Shown here piece after piece: positions 1 through 10,500 of a stretch of 64,000 bases of DNA. A program made the translations under genes and the position numbers. Position 1 is the stretch's first letter; each line of letters opens with the position of its first letter. Location of the stretch: positions 32,001 through 96,000 of the IMG/VR virus record IMGVR_UViG_3300037069_000805; one strand, given 5' to 3'. The stretch is from a virus. A model generated the notes under the pieces. That model was not told the DNA's origin, did not search any database, and worked only from the letters and a program-made list of their open reading frames with translations.

Positions 1-69
1 AACATTTATATGTCGTATAAGCTAAGTACTATTTGTGGAGCTTCTCTCTTTTATTTAATAAATATAAAA

Positions 70-825
70 ATGAATATAACAGCAGAAATAATTAATACAT
101 TAGGAGATTCATATAAACTTAAAGAAATAATAAGACAAACTAGTTGTTTTTCTGGATTTAATTGTTCAATAACTTCTAGTAGTCATGATATAGGAAGTAT
201 TATATTAGAAAAAAATAAAATAGATCAGTTAGGTATTGAAGATTTAAAATATTTCTTAGAAAATATTAAATTAGCTGGAACATTAGATTTTAAAATAATT
301 GAAAAAAATGATGAAATACATTTAGAATTTGACTCAAAAGATTGTAAAGTTAAATCATATTATCAATATACTGGAATGTTAGTTAGATGTTCTTATAATA
401 ATAGATCAGATACTTTCTTACCTATAGGCAAACACTTTATTAATATGTGTAAATATTTTCCTAAAACAGATAGAGGTAAATTATTTACAATAGCATGTAA
501 TATATATTTAAGCAATAATACTACTACTGGCTATTCTTATAATTCTAATCATATTTTAATGCTAAATGCAGGATGTAAAATATTAACAACTAAAAAAATA
601 AAGGAATTATTAGATTTAAATAACGGAATTAATGATAATTTCACTCTAGTTGATAAATTACATAATCCAGATAAAATATATATTGAAAATGAAAATGGAA
701 TGAAATTATTTAATAAAGATAATCCACCAAAATATAATCCTAAAGCATTTAAAAAAGACTTATTTAACCTTGAAAATAATTCTAAAGAAAGTTATTTAAA
801 AATAATAAAAAATGGAACTAAATAA
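70..825 (+). CDS. hypothetical protein
   Basis: Long ORF; ATG at 70 follows an A-rich leader (ORF track starts at 10); overlaps the helicase start; no recognised motif. Confidence 0.6.
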   Translation: MNITAEIINTLGDSYKLKEIIRQTSCFSGFNCSITSSSHDIGSIILEKNKIDQLGIEDLKYFLENIKLAGTLDFKIIEKNDEIHLEFDSKDCKVKSYYQYTGMLVRCSYNNRSDTFLPIGKHFINMCKYFPKTDRGKLFTIACNIYLSNNTTTGYSYNSNHILMLNAGCKILTTKKIKELLDLNNGINDNFTLVDKLHNPDKIYIENENGMKLFNKDNPPKYNPKAFKKDLFNLENNSKESYLKIIKNGTK

Positions 826-2080
826 TAAAAAGACAAATATACATGAGGAAGCTTTAGAAAAATGGATTTATCAAGTTAAACATGGTACAGTACAATTAGT
901 AACTGGTACAGGTAAAACATTTTTATTTCTTAAGGCATTATATACTATGCCAAAAGATATGACTAAACAACATTGGTTTTTAGCAGAAACAACTGAAAGA
1001 GAAAAAGATTTAAATAGAGAAATTAAAAAATATAATCAAATCTATAATGTAGATGTTTATAAAGATTATGATTTAAAATTTCATTGTTATCAATCTGTAT
1101 ATAAATGGTCAGGATTTAAATTAGGTTTAGTAGGATGTGATGAAATCCATGATCAATTAACTCCTGAATATTTTAAATTTCATTTAAATAATAATTATGA
1201 TGCTTGTTTAGGTCTAAGCGCTTTAATTAATAATACAACATCATATACAATTAAAAAAGATGATCAATTACATAAATTATTTGGTAAAGATATCATTAAT
1301 AAATTTGATATGTTGAATGTAATGGCACCAATATGTTATAAATATGATATGAATCAAGCACAATTAGATAATACATCAAGAAAGTTAAATATCTACATTA
1401 TTAAAAATAAATTAGATAATAATAATAAAACTATTTTAAGTGGTAATATGAAAAATAGATTTTATCAAACTGAACAAGAACATTATAAATATTTAAATGA
1501 TGTTTTCATTAAAGTAACTAATTTAGAAAGAAAAGATAATGAAGATATTTATGATTATGAAAATAGAAAAAATCTTGAAATAATTAAAGCATCTAATAGA
1601 AGATCTTCTTTTCTATATAGTTTACAAAGTAAATTAACATTATCAAAAGAATTATTATCTAATATTACTGAAAAAACTATAATTTTTGGAAATTATTTAC
1701 CAATGTTATATAATTTAACTACAAATGTAGTTTCATCAGCAAATAATGATGAAAATAATGAAAAAATTAGAGATGATTTTAATGAAAGTAAAATAAAAAC
1801 TATTGCATCATTTAAAAAACTAAAACAAGGTGCTAATCTTGATGGTGTTGATGTATGTTTAATTGTATCTTATTATAGTTCAGAAGTTGATCTTAGACAA
1901 AGAATGGGAAGACTTAGACAAAATGGAGATAAAGAAGGTAGTGTATTTATTATTGTTACAGAAAATACTCAAGAAGTAGTTTGGTTTAATACAATGATGG
2001 AAAATATTAAAGAACATAATATTATATTATGTGATAATGTAGATAATACTATAAAAGAATATATTAAAAATAAAAAATAA
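812..2080 (+). CDS. superfamily 2 (DExH) helicase
   Basis: Walker A TGTGKT, motif II DEIH, motif III LSA, motif V QGANL, motif VI QRMGR. Confidence 0.9.
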   Translation: MELNNKKTNIHEEALEKWIYQVKHGTVQLVTGTGKTFLFLKALYTMPKDMTKQHWFLAETTEREKDLNREIKKYNQIYNVDVYKDYDLKFHCYQSVYKWSGFKLGLVGCDEIHDQLTPEYFKFHLNNNYDACLGLSALINNTTSYTIKKDDQLHKLFGKDIINKFDMLNVMAPICYKYDMNQAQLDNTSRKLNIYIIKNKLDNNNKTILSGNMKNRFYQTEQEHYKYLNDVFIKVTNLERKDNEDIYDYENRKNLEIIKASNRRSSFLYSLQSKLTLSKELLSNITEKTIIFGNYLPMLYNLTTNVVSSANNDENNEKIRDDFNESKIKTIASFKKLKQGANLDGVDVCLIVSYYSSEVDLRQRMGRLRQNGDKEGSVFIIVTENTQEVVWFNTMMENIKEHNIILCDNVDNTIKEYIKNKK

Positions 2081-2376
2081 TGAAATTAAAAAATATATTT
2101 ATAGTATATGATTATTTATTAATTAAAAATGATAGAAATTATAATTTATTAAAAACAGTAGAAGAATTACAAGAGTTAGCTCTCATACTTACACAAAGAT
2201 TAAATAAAGGTGATTTAATACCAGATTATAAAATAATTGAAGAAATAGGAGATGTTAATATAAGAATGAAAGTTCTTAATAAAATGTTTCCACAAGAAAA
2301 AATACAAAAAAGAATGACCTTTAAACTTAAGAAGTTTTTTGGTTTTATACAAACAGAAAAATATAAAAACATATAA
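2080..2376 (+). CDS. MazG-like nucleotide pyrophosphohydrolase
   Basis: EELQEL...EEIGDV acidic helices typical of all-alpha NTP-PPases. Confidence 0.7.
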   Translation: MKLKNIFIVYDYLLIKNDRNYNLLKTVEELQELALILTQRLNKGDLIPDYKIIEEIGDVNIRMKVLNKMFPQEKIQKRMTFKLKKFFGFIQTEKYKNI

Positions 2377-2382
2377 ATAAAA

Positions 2383-3111
2383 ATGAAAATAAAATGTAAA
2401 CAATTAGGTAATAATAAATCAATATCATTAACAACAGAATACGATGTAATCGATGAATCAGATTCTCGTTATGCAGTAATTAATGATAAAGGTATTCAAA
2501 AAAATTATGCAAAAAGTTTATTTGATATTATACCTGAAGTACCTGTAATACCACCAGTAGAAGTTATTGATGAATTAAATATTGAAACTTCTATTGAAAA
2601 AACGGAAGATGATGAACAATCAATTGATAAATTAGCAATTAAAGTAATATGTCCTTTTATAGGAAGAAATAGATTTGAATATAATTCTGGAAATATTCTT
2701 ACAGTTTCAGGAATGTCAATTAGTTGTGGTATATTACAAATTGAAGGACTTAATTCTTTAATAACTCATTTAAATTCTATGAGAACTGCATTTGATACAT
2801 ATATGAGAAATCATGCAAATGTATTTATTTTAAATGAAGAAATTAATGTTGATGAAGTATTTAAAGATATTACAACATCTTTAGTACAAGATATTATTGC
2901 AGAATTTCAAGGAGAAGATGGTTCTGCAGTTTTATTACTATCAACAACAAATGATTCAATTGCTTCATCACCTGTATTAAAAGAAGCATTAAATGAAGTA
3001 TCTTCTACTGTAACAGCACTTAATCCAAATAGTGGTAATAATATTACTTTGTGGACAATTCTTACAGGTCATGAAGGAAACAATGATGAAGAAGATAATG
3101 AGGAAAGATAA
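2383..3111 (+). CDS. hypothetical protein (small N-terminal beta domain, Pro-rich linker, acidic tail)
   Basis: 242-aa ORF with A-rich leader; PEVPVIPPVEV linker. Confidence 0.6.
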   Translation: MKIKCKQLGNNKSISLTTEYDVIDESDSRYAVINDKGIQKNYAKSLFDIIPEVPVIPPVEVIDELNIETSIEKTEDDEQSIDKLAIKVICPFIGRNRFEYNSGNILTVSGMSISCGILQIEGLNSLITHLNSMRTAFDTYMRNHANVFILNEEINVDEVFKDITTSLVQDIIAEFQGEDGSAVLLLSTTNDSIASSPVLKEALNEVSSTVTALNPNSGNNITLWTILTGHEGNNDEEDNEER

Positions 3112-3129
3112 TGAATAAATAATAATAGA

Positions 3130-3164
3130 AAAGCCACTACAGTCATATTGATTATAGTGGCTTT
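3130..3164 (+). terminator. intergenic hairpin (terminator or processing site)
   Basis: AAAGCCACTA...TAGTGGCTTT perfect 10-bp inverted repeat extended by AGTCA/TGATT, followed by AATTTT. Confidence 0.6.
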
Positions 3165-3177
3165 AATTTTAAATAAA

Positions 3178-3570
3178 ATGAAAATATTTTTAGATGATGT
3201 TAGAATACCTAAAGATTGTATAAATTATATGTACAGAAGAATAGGACCCTTAAATCCTATTTATTTAGAAGAATGGAAAGTAGTTTCAAATTACGATGAA
3301 TTTGTACAAACATTACGAAAACATCATAGAGAAATAACACATATAAGTTTTGATCATGATTTAGGTGAAGATGTAGCACTTGCTGCAATAGAAAGAGGAA
3401 TGTCTAAAAGAAAAGCTCGTAAAAAATTAAAAAAGAATGTTCAATCTGGTTATGATTGTGCTAAATTTACTAAACAATTTTATATTGATTTAGGTAAAGA
3501 TTTACCAATAATGTTTGTACATAGTATGAATCCTGTTGGTACAGAAAATATTATTAATTTGTTTAAATAA
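3178..3570 (+). CDS. cyclic-phosphate processing receiver-domain protein
   Basis: KIFLDDVRxP, ISFDHDLG, SGYDCAKF, VHSMNPVG motifs; ATG at 3178 preferred over TTG 3148, which lies in the hairpin. Confidence 0.8.
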   Translation: MKIFLDDVRIPKDCINYMYRRIGPLNPIYLEEWKVVSNYDEFVQTLRKHHREITHISFDHDLGEDVALAAIERGMSKRKARKKLKKNVQSGYDCAKFTKQFYIDLGKDLPIMFVHSMNPVGTENIINLFK

Positions 3571-3571
3571 A

Positions 3572-3892
3572 ATGAGTGGAAAGAGATATAATGAAGGGAA
3601 ATTAAAATGGAGTTTGGTTAGCTGGAAAGCCTTAGAACCAATGATTAAAGTACTAATGTTTGGAGCTGAAAAATACAGTCCAAATAATTGGAAAGGAGGA
3701 CTTAAATATACTGAAGTATGTGAAAGTATGCAAAGACATTTAAACTCCTTTATAGATGGTGAAAATGATGATAAAGAGAGTAAAATAGCTCACGTTGGAC
3801 ATATACTCTGTAACGCAATGTTTCTATCTTATATGTATCTTTTTAGAAAAGATATGGATGATAGATATATTGATAAAAATACTAAAGAATGA
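3572..3892 (+). CDS. DUF5664 / dATP-dGTP diphosphohydrolase N-terminal-like protein
   Basis: RYNEGKLKWSL, FGAEKYxxNNW, SMQRHL, DKESKIAHVGHILCNAMFL. Confidence 0.8.
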   Translation: MSGKRYNEGKLKWSLVSWKALEPMIKVLMFGAEKYSPNNWKGGLKYTEVCESMQRHLNSFIDGENDDKESKIAHVGHILCNAMFLSYMYLFRKDMDDRYIDKNTKE

Positions 3893-4098
3893 AAATATTT
3901 GAAAAAAGAGAATTTACAGATGGTGGACCAAATGATAAAGGTTTTGTAATAGGTTATATAAAAGCTAAATCTAAAGAAGAAGCTCGGAATATATTAAATA
4001 TTAAACATGGTTTTATTCAACTATTTGAAATTTCATTAATTGATTTTTCAAAAAGAAAAATGGAAGCTTGGAAAAATTATAAAATATTTGATATATGA
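3889..4098 (+). CDS. hypothetical protein
   Basis: 69-aa ORF coupled by ATGA overlaps on both sides. Confidence 0.6.
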   Translation: MKIFEKREFTDGGPNDKGFVIGYIKAKSKEEARNILNIKHGFIQLFEISLIDFSKRKMEAWKNYKIFDI

Positions 4099-4610
4099 GC
4101 TATATAAGAACACATAATGGATTTATGTTTAATTATTTAAATCCAGATGAAAGACAAATAGATATTGATGATATTGCACAAGCTTTATCTAATATACCTA
4201 GATGGTTAGGACATACAGGTCAACACTATTCTGTAGCACAACATTGTTGTTGGTGTTATGATTGGACAGATGGTAATAAATTAGAAGCTTTAATGCATGA
4301 TGCATCTGAAGCATATGTTGGAGATTGTCCTACTCCATTAAAAATATTATTACCAGACTATCAAGCAATGGAACATAAAGTTAGTATTATACTAGCTAAT
4401 AAATATAAATATAATTATCCTTATTCAAATGAAACACATTTTGTTGATAAAATAGCTTTAGCTTTTGAAAGACATAATGTAAAACACCTTGATATAAATT
4501 ATTTACCATTAACATATATACCAGAGCCTATAGAAATATGGACTCATAAAAGAGCTAAAAGAGAATTTTTGAAAAGATTTAATGCTGAAATGAATGGAAA
4601 AATTATTTAA
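4095..4610 (+). CDS. HD-domain phosphohydrolase (YfbR/YfdR-like 5'-deoxynucleotidase)
   Basis: DIDDIAQALS, YSVAQH, LMHDASEAYVGD. Confidence 0.85.
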   Translation: MSYIRTHNGFMFNYLNPDERQIDIDDIAQALSNIPRWLGHTGQHYSVAQHCCWCYDWTDGNKLEALMHDASEAYVGDCPTPLKILLPDYQAMEHKVSIILANKYKYNYPYSNETHFVDKIALAFERHNVKHLDINYLPLTYIPEPIEIWTHKRAKREFLKRFNAEMNGKII

Positions 4611-4758
4611 AGACAGATTAAATTGTTTAAAAAGTAGATTAAAATCTGCAACAGGTGTTAAGTTAACTAAAGTTAGAAATGAATGTGAAGTATCTTTTAT
4701 AAATGGTCAAATTCACGAATTAACACAATTAGCTTATAAATTAAATATTAAATTATGA
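4594..4758 (+). CDS. small hypothetical protein (54 aa)
   Basis: Read manually (MEKLFKDRLNCLK...); fills the gap between the HD gene and thyX. Confidence 0.5.
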   Translation: MEKLFKDRLNCLKSRLKSATGVKLTKVRNECEVSFINGQIHELTQLAYKLNIKL

Positions 4759-4768
4759 AAATGATAGA

Positions 4769-5431
4769 ATGAATGTAGAGTTAATAAGTAAAACTATTGG
4801 AGTAAATAGTTATAAAGAATTAGATAATAATGAAATTATTGCAGCAATTGCAAGACATGGTGTTATTAAAGAAGATAAAGGAAAGCTTGTGAAATATCTT
4901 ATGGATAATGCACATTGGTCACCTTTACAACATATTTCTTTTGGTTTTAAAATTGAAACTAGAAGAAGTATATCAGCTCAGATATTTAGACATCGTAGTT
5001 TAAATGGACAAGAGTGGAGTTTAAGATATGCAGAACCATTAGGTTTTGAAGAAATTAAACTTAGAAAAGAACATCCAACTAATAGACAGAGTAGTCTAGA
5101 AATATTTGACCCTTTAGTTAAAGAAAATGGATTAATAAAATTGTCACAATTATATAAAGAAGCATTAGAACATATAGAATGGTTATATAACAAATCTATA
5201 GAATTAGGTGTGGCAAAAGAATGCGCTAGAGATATATTACCTCTATGTACAAAAACTACAATTCATATTACAGGTACTTTAAGAGATCTTCTAGTATTTC
5301 TAAATGTAAGATGTGATGAACATGCACAAAAAGAAGTTAGAGATATTGCAACAAGAATAGGAGAAGAACTTGAAAAAGAACTTCCTGAAATTATGCAAAC
5401 TATCGATTGGAAGAATGGAATGTTCATGTAA
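4769..5431 (+). CDS. thyX: FAD-dependent thymidylate synthase
   Basis: HWSPLQH; RHR-x7-S signature (RHRSLNGQEWS) followed by LRY; AKECARDILP; HAQKEVR. Confidence 0.93.
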   Translation: MNVELISKTIGVNSYKELDNNEIIAAIARHGVIKEDKGKLVKYLMDNAHWSPLQHISFGFKIETRRSISAQIFRHRSLNGQEWSLRYAEPLGFEEIKLRKEHPTNRQSSLEIFDPLVKENGLIKLSQLYKEALEHIEWLYNKSIELGVAKECARDILPLCTKTTIHITGTLRDLLVFLNVRCDEHAQKEVRDIATRIGEELEKELPEIMQTIDWKNGMFM

Positions 5432-5447
5432 TTTAAAATAGAAAATA

Positions 5448-5615
5448 ATGGAACAGAAATTAGTTAAAGTTACACATAGAAATCCTTATTTTGAAGAGCA
5501 TAGTTTTTATTTAAATTTTGATTTAAAAAGAGGATTCAGAGTAATAAGTCAGATATATTATCCTGAAACTAAAGATGTTTATGCACATACAATGTATTTA
5601 ATACAGAAAGATTAA
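5448..5615 (+). CDS. small hypothetical protein (55 aa)
   Basis: Read manually (MEQKLVKVTHRNPYF...); TAATG coupling to next ORF. Confidence 0.5.
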   Translation: MEQKLVKVTHRNPYFEEHSFYLNFDLKRGFRVISQIYYPETKDVYAHTMYLIQKD

Positions 5616-5707
5616 TGAAATATACAGATATAATGATTGATATAGAAACTCTAGGTAGAACACCTGGTTGTGCTATAATTCAAATTGCAAAGAAATTAAA
5701 ACAATAA
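5615..5707 (+). pseudogene. truncated DEDDh 3'-5' exonuclease remnant (30 aa)
   Basis: MKYTDIMIDIETLGRTPGCAIIQIA resembles the ExoI-motif N-terminus of phage DEDDh exonucleases, then stops after KKLKQ. Confidence 0.6.
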
Positions 5708-5710
5708 TTT

Positions 5711-6115
5711 ATGAGTAAATTAAAATACGAAACTAAAAAAGTAATTGATTCTTTTGATTGGGATGATTTAGTTCGAGAAACTTATAAAAAACCTTATTGT
5801 TTTCAACAGCAAGACGGATGTCAAAGTAGAGGTGTTGTTAATATTACAATTTCTAAAGATGATATTGAAGATTATGATTTTGAAAATGATACATTACCAT
5901 TTAAAATAAATGGAAATGAAATGGGTGTTAGTTTTAAAGGTTGGTTAGAAACTTCCGAAGAAGATATTAATAAAGATAATCCTGAGTTATATCCTAATGC
6001 AAATAAATTATTTTGGTCAAGAAATTTTTATCCTGCATTAGATGTAGTTGCAAATGATTTATGTAAAAAAGGATTAATTGAACCAGGTGATTATGTAATT
6101 AATATTGATTGGTAA
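5711..6115 (+). CDS. hypothetical protein
   Basis: 134-aa ORF, TAATG-coupled to the next gene. Confidence 0.65.
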   Translation: MSKLKYETKKVIDSFDWDDLVRETYKKPYCFQQQDGCQSRGVVNITISKDDIEDYDFENDTLPFKINGNEMGVSFKGWLETSEEDINKDNPELYPNANKLFWSRNFYPALDVVANDLCKKGLIEPGDYVINIDW

Positions 6116-6801
6116 TGAAAAGAATCTGGCATATTAGTGATACTCACACTTATCATGATTTACTATTAGTTCCAGATAATATAGATATTGTAATATTTAG
6201 TGGTGATTGTAGTAACCCTAGAGATAAATTATTAAGCTCTTATGAAATTAAAACATTTATATCTTGGTTTAAAGAATTACCTATTAAACATAAAATATTT
6301 GTAGCAGGTAATCATGATATAGGTATTGAAAAAGGATTAGTTCAAAGAATTGATTTCTCTGGATATAATATTTATTATTTAGAAAATGATTATATAAATA
6401 TTGAAGGAATAAAAATATTTGGTAGTCCTTTAACACCTAGTTTTGGTTCTGGTTGGGCTTTTAATAAAGATAGAAGTAAAATCAATAAATACTGGTCTGA
6501 AATTGATGAAGATACAGATATTGTAGTTGTTCATGGACCTCCTAAGGGAATATTAGATTTATCTTACAGTAGAGATGGTATTTTAGAATATTGTGGCTGT
6601 AATAGCCTTAAAAAGCATATTTTAAATAGAATAAAACCAAAGTTTTGTTTATTTGGGCATATACATAATTGTGAAGATATTATTAATGCTGGAGTAACCA
6701 AATTATCTAATTATAATACTATCTTTAGTAATGGTTCAGTAGTAACTGATCGTAAGTTTGGAATATTAACTTCAAATGGTAATATATTAGAATATATATA
6801 A
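6115..6801 (+). CDS. calcineurin-like metallophosphoesterase
   Basis: HISDTH, SGD, AGNHD, HGPP, FGHIH motifs. Confidence 0.9.
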   Translation: MKRIWHISDTHTYHDLLLVPDNIDIVIFSGDCSNPRDKLLSSYEIKTFISWFKELPIKHKIFVAGNHDIGIEKGLVQRIDFSGYNIYYLENDYINIEGIKIFGSPLTPSFGSGWAFNKDRSKINKYWSEIDEDTDIVVVHGPPKGILDLSYSRDGILEYCGCNSLKKHILNRIKPKFCLFGHIHNCEDIINAGVTKLSNYNTIFSNGSVVTDRKFGILTSNGNILEYI

Positions 6802-6812
6802 ATTAAAAAAAT

Positions 6813-6959
6813 ATGAATAAAATAACAGCTGATTATGATTATGTATCAGGTCATTTAAGATACGGACATCTTGAATTAGAATTAAACGATGAAGGTGAAT
6901 TAATTATAGATGATTTTGAAGTAAATGATCGTGGAGATCTTGGTAAAATAGAATATTAA
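6813..6959 (+). CDS. small acidic hypothetical protein (48 aa)
   Basis: Read manually (MNKITADYDYVSGHLRYGHLE...); last gene before the terminator. Confidence 0.5.
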   Translation: MNKITADYDYVSGHLRYGHLELELNDEGELIIDDFEVNDRGDLGKIEY

Positions 6960-6971
6960 AAAATTAAGTAT

Positions 6972-7012
6972 AAAAAAAGGGGCAACTACATTTGTAGCAC
7001 CCCTTTTTATTT
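6972..7012. terminator. bidirectional intrinsic terminator at the convergence of the two genome arms
   Basis: A7-GGGG..CTAC-ATTT-GTAG..CCCC-T5; A-run on the left and T-run on the right, between convergent genes. Confidence 0.8.
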
Positions 7013-7546
7013 TTAATATATTTTACAACCTTTGCTAAAATTATCTATTGCCCATAATGGTTGTAGATTAGTATAGTTTGATAAAATATATAATTCATCA
7101 ATATTATTGGCTGATGATAATGGTATTATATGATCAATATGCCATTCTCCATAATTATTCCAGTTCATATTTTTAGTAAATTTATTTTCTAAATGAATTT
7201 TTAGTTCACTAAAAGAACAACCTAATAATAAATGTTTTGAATTATCTTTTTTCCATTTTTTTCTTTTAATAGCATTAGAAGTGCGAGAATGTATATTAGA
7301 TTTTAATCTAAAAAGAATATCCTCATTTCTTTGTTTTTTTCTTTTATTTTTTAAAATTTTTTGAAAATATTCTTTACTATAATTAATGTTATATTCTTTA
7401 AAATAGGATATGTTTTTCAATCTATATTCTTTATTATAATTATTTTTACAAAGTTTACATTCACTAGAATAACCATCACTTTTATTTTTATTTTTATGAA
7501 AATCAAATAATTCTTTATTATTTTTACAATTAGTACATTTTTTCAT
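7013..7546 (-). CDS. HNH homing endonuclease with N-terminal CxxC...CxxC finger
   Basis: CTNC/CKLC; WHIDHIIPLS...NYTNLQPLWAIDNFSKG. Confidence 0.85.
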   Translation of the reverse strand: MKKCTNCKNNKELFDFHKNKNKSDGYSSECKLCKNNYNKEYRLKNISYFKEYNINYSKEYFQKILKNKRKKQRNEDILFRLKSNIHSRTSNAIKRKKWKKDNSKHLLLGCSFSELKIHLENKFTKNMNWNNYGEWHIDHIIPLSSANNIDELYILSNYTNLQPLWAIDNFSKGCKIY

Positions 7547-7566
7547 AATTATTTTTTTTAGACTTT

Positions 7567-10500
7567 CTAATACATTCCAAACATGGATTTTTGATAGTTA
7601 TATAAATCTTCACTATCTTTATTCCAGTTATTAAGAACAGGTATTAATTTTTCCCATGATCTTATAACTTTTAATTTACCTTTATTAGGACCAGATTTAT
7701 ATTCTTCTTCCCAATCAAATACATTAATAGTTTTACCAATAGCATCTAATGAATTTTCTAATATTCTCATTGAAGGAATTGGTGATCTAAGTAATTTAAT
7801 ATTAGCAGATGGATTTCTATATTGAGCTAATTCTGATTCCATTCTATTTACTTGGTATAACCAGAAATAAAGTACTTTATCATCATCTCCATCTCCTGCA
7901 CCACCTAACATAGAACCTAATAACATAGCTGTAAGTGGTAATATAACAGCTGTAGCAACTAATTCACCAACAGCATATCTAATATTACCTCTTTCTAAAT
8001 CAGATAACTTATTCCACTCTTTACTAATTATATCAAATTTCATTTGTTTTAAAGCAGGTATTACTCCATGAGCTAAGTATCTCATTGCTGAAGTATATAC
8101 ACCTTCTTCATAATTTTGTAAAGCATAAGAATATTGTTTAAATTTCTCAGGATCTGCGTCAATTTCTTCTTTAGATTTTAATGAATTAGTAAAACCCATA
8201 TATCTCTTAGTTCCCATTTCAACAAAGAATCTTCTAAACATCATAAATAATTTACCCCACCAATGTCTTAATGCTTCTGGTTGAGTATTTGGATCATAAT
8301 TACCAAAACAATCCATTATTTTCTTTTTAATTAACAGATTAATTTTTGCCTTACCACCTTCATTAACTTTAGAAGTTAGTGATTGTGTAGTATAAATAAC
8401 TTTATCGTTAATTTTAAGAATACCATCTTCTTTATCAATGTATAACATGTCTAATAAAGATGCAGATTTAGATTTATCTACAACATTACCATTCTTATCA
8501 ATATAATTATTATCAGCATCCATTACTTTAATACTGTCTAATACAGAAGCAGTAAGTACAGATTGTACCCAGTGTTCACCACCAGAATGCATAAATTGTA
8601 ATGATTCAGCATTTACATAAGATTTTAAAACACCTTTTTTAATAAAAGCTTCCATACTATTTCTATCAAATCCAAATGTATCAAACATTCTATTCATTTG
8701 ATTTATAAATGATTTTTCAACAGGTTGACCTAAATCTTTCATAGTATTTGCAAATTCTTTAAAATATAAAGCTTCTGCTTTAGCAAGATTTGTTTTATTA
8801 ATTACATTCTTACTTAACCCTTCTAAAAACATCATTGCTTTAGCATTTAATATATTCTGAGTAGCTGCAAACTTATTTAAACTTAATCCAATAGTAGCAA
8901 GTGAACCATTCATAAATCCAATAGCTTTATTAACGTCTACAGGACCTAATTTACCAGCATAATGATGTCCAATATCATAAATGTTTTTTTCCATTAGAGA
9001 TTGTAATCTTTTATAAGTATTACTATTCTCACCAGTATCTAACATTTGTGGATTGTTTTTATTAAATATAGATTTAAGAACTTCTTTACCACTTTGAGTT
9101 TTATAATATTTTTTAGATTTAGCAATATCTGTAATAGTATTTAATTCTCTTTCTCTTTTAGACTTTTCTTTATAATTAATACCATTTAGATATTGTAGTC
9201 TAAATACTGTCATTAAATCTAATGATTGATCTTTAGGATCTATTTGACCACTATATCTAACAGGAATATTATAAAGAATATTATTATCATTATCAGTCCT
9301 ATAATTAAAATCTATATCATCAGCTTTAATTGTAGTTAAATCTGTCCATTTATCTTTTATAATACCTTTAATATCACCACCTAATACTCTTTCTAAGTCA
9401 GATTTAGTAATAGAAGGTAATTCATAATAATAAGCATTATTCTTTTTATTACCTACAAATTTCTTTTTAGATTGTTTACCAAATGTTACATCTGTAACTA
9501 AATCTTGAATTTCTGTAAAAGTTTTTAATACATCTTTTTCAATATCAGATAAATTAACTTTATTTTCATATTTATCTATATTTTTTAAAAGTGTATATTT
9601 TTCTTTAGCTTTAGTTCCAAATTCTATAGAATTAGTTGTATGAGTTTTTAATATTTCATCTATTTCAGAATCAATTTTATTTAATTTATCTTTAAATTCT
9701 AAATTATGTGTACCAAGTAAATAATAATTACCAGCTTTATCTTGTTGAATAATATTTTTATAAAGTTTAGTTACATCTTCTGTACCTTTCTCTTTAACTA
9801 ATTTATCAAACAAACCACTTAATTCAAATTCTTTTTGTCTAACTTGATCATTAATAGCCTCCTTAACCTCATTTAATATCTGATTAAATATTTGTATTAG
9901 ATGAGAATTAGTATTAATAGAATCATTAAAGAATTTAGTGCCAGATGATATATCATATGCAGGACTATCTATTAAATTATTTACATAAGATTCAGCATCA
10001 TTTTGAATATCTTCTTTATATGTAGTATTCATTTGTCTAGCAATCCATACATCTTCAGATTCAGTTCTAGGAATAACTTTATAATCAATTTTTAACTGAT
10101 CTTTCCATTTAGTTTCTAATTCTGGTAAATATTGAATATTAGATATTGTTAATTTTAAAGCTTTTTTAAGATAAGAATTATATTCAGTTTTTAAACTATC
10201 ATATGTTCCTATAATATGTTTTAATGCATCATCCATTTCATTAATATCATCATTAGATAAACCAAATTTATTTTCTACTTTAATATCAGCTAATAAATCT
10301 TGAATATCTTTAGCAATAGTAAATGAATCTAAATATTTACTATAATGACCAATAGTTTTTAATATTTCTTCTTCAGTAAAAGATTTTCTATCAAAACTTC
10401 TTTCTAGTGAATTAATATCTTCAAATAATGATTTAGTATAAAATGATACAGCTTCTAATTGTTTAGCAGCATCAAAGTTTTCTAAAGCTTTTAATGTTTC

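Noticed and set aside
3572-4610. 2-aminoadenine (Z-genome) pathway
   Set aside because: No PurZ in the window; the HD and DUF5664 families are widespread in phages with unmodified DNA
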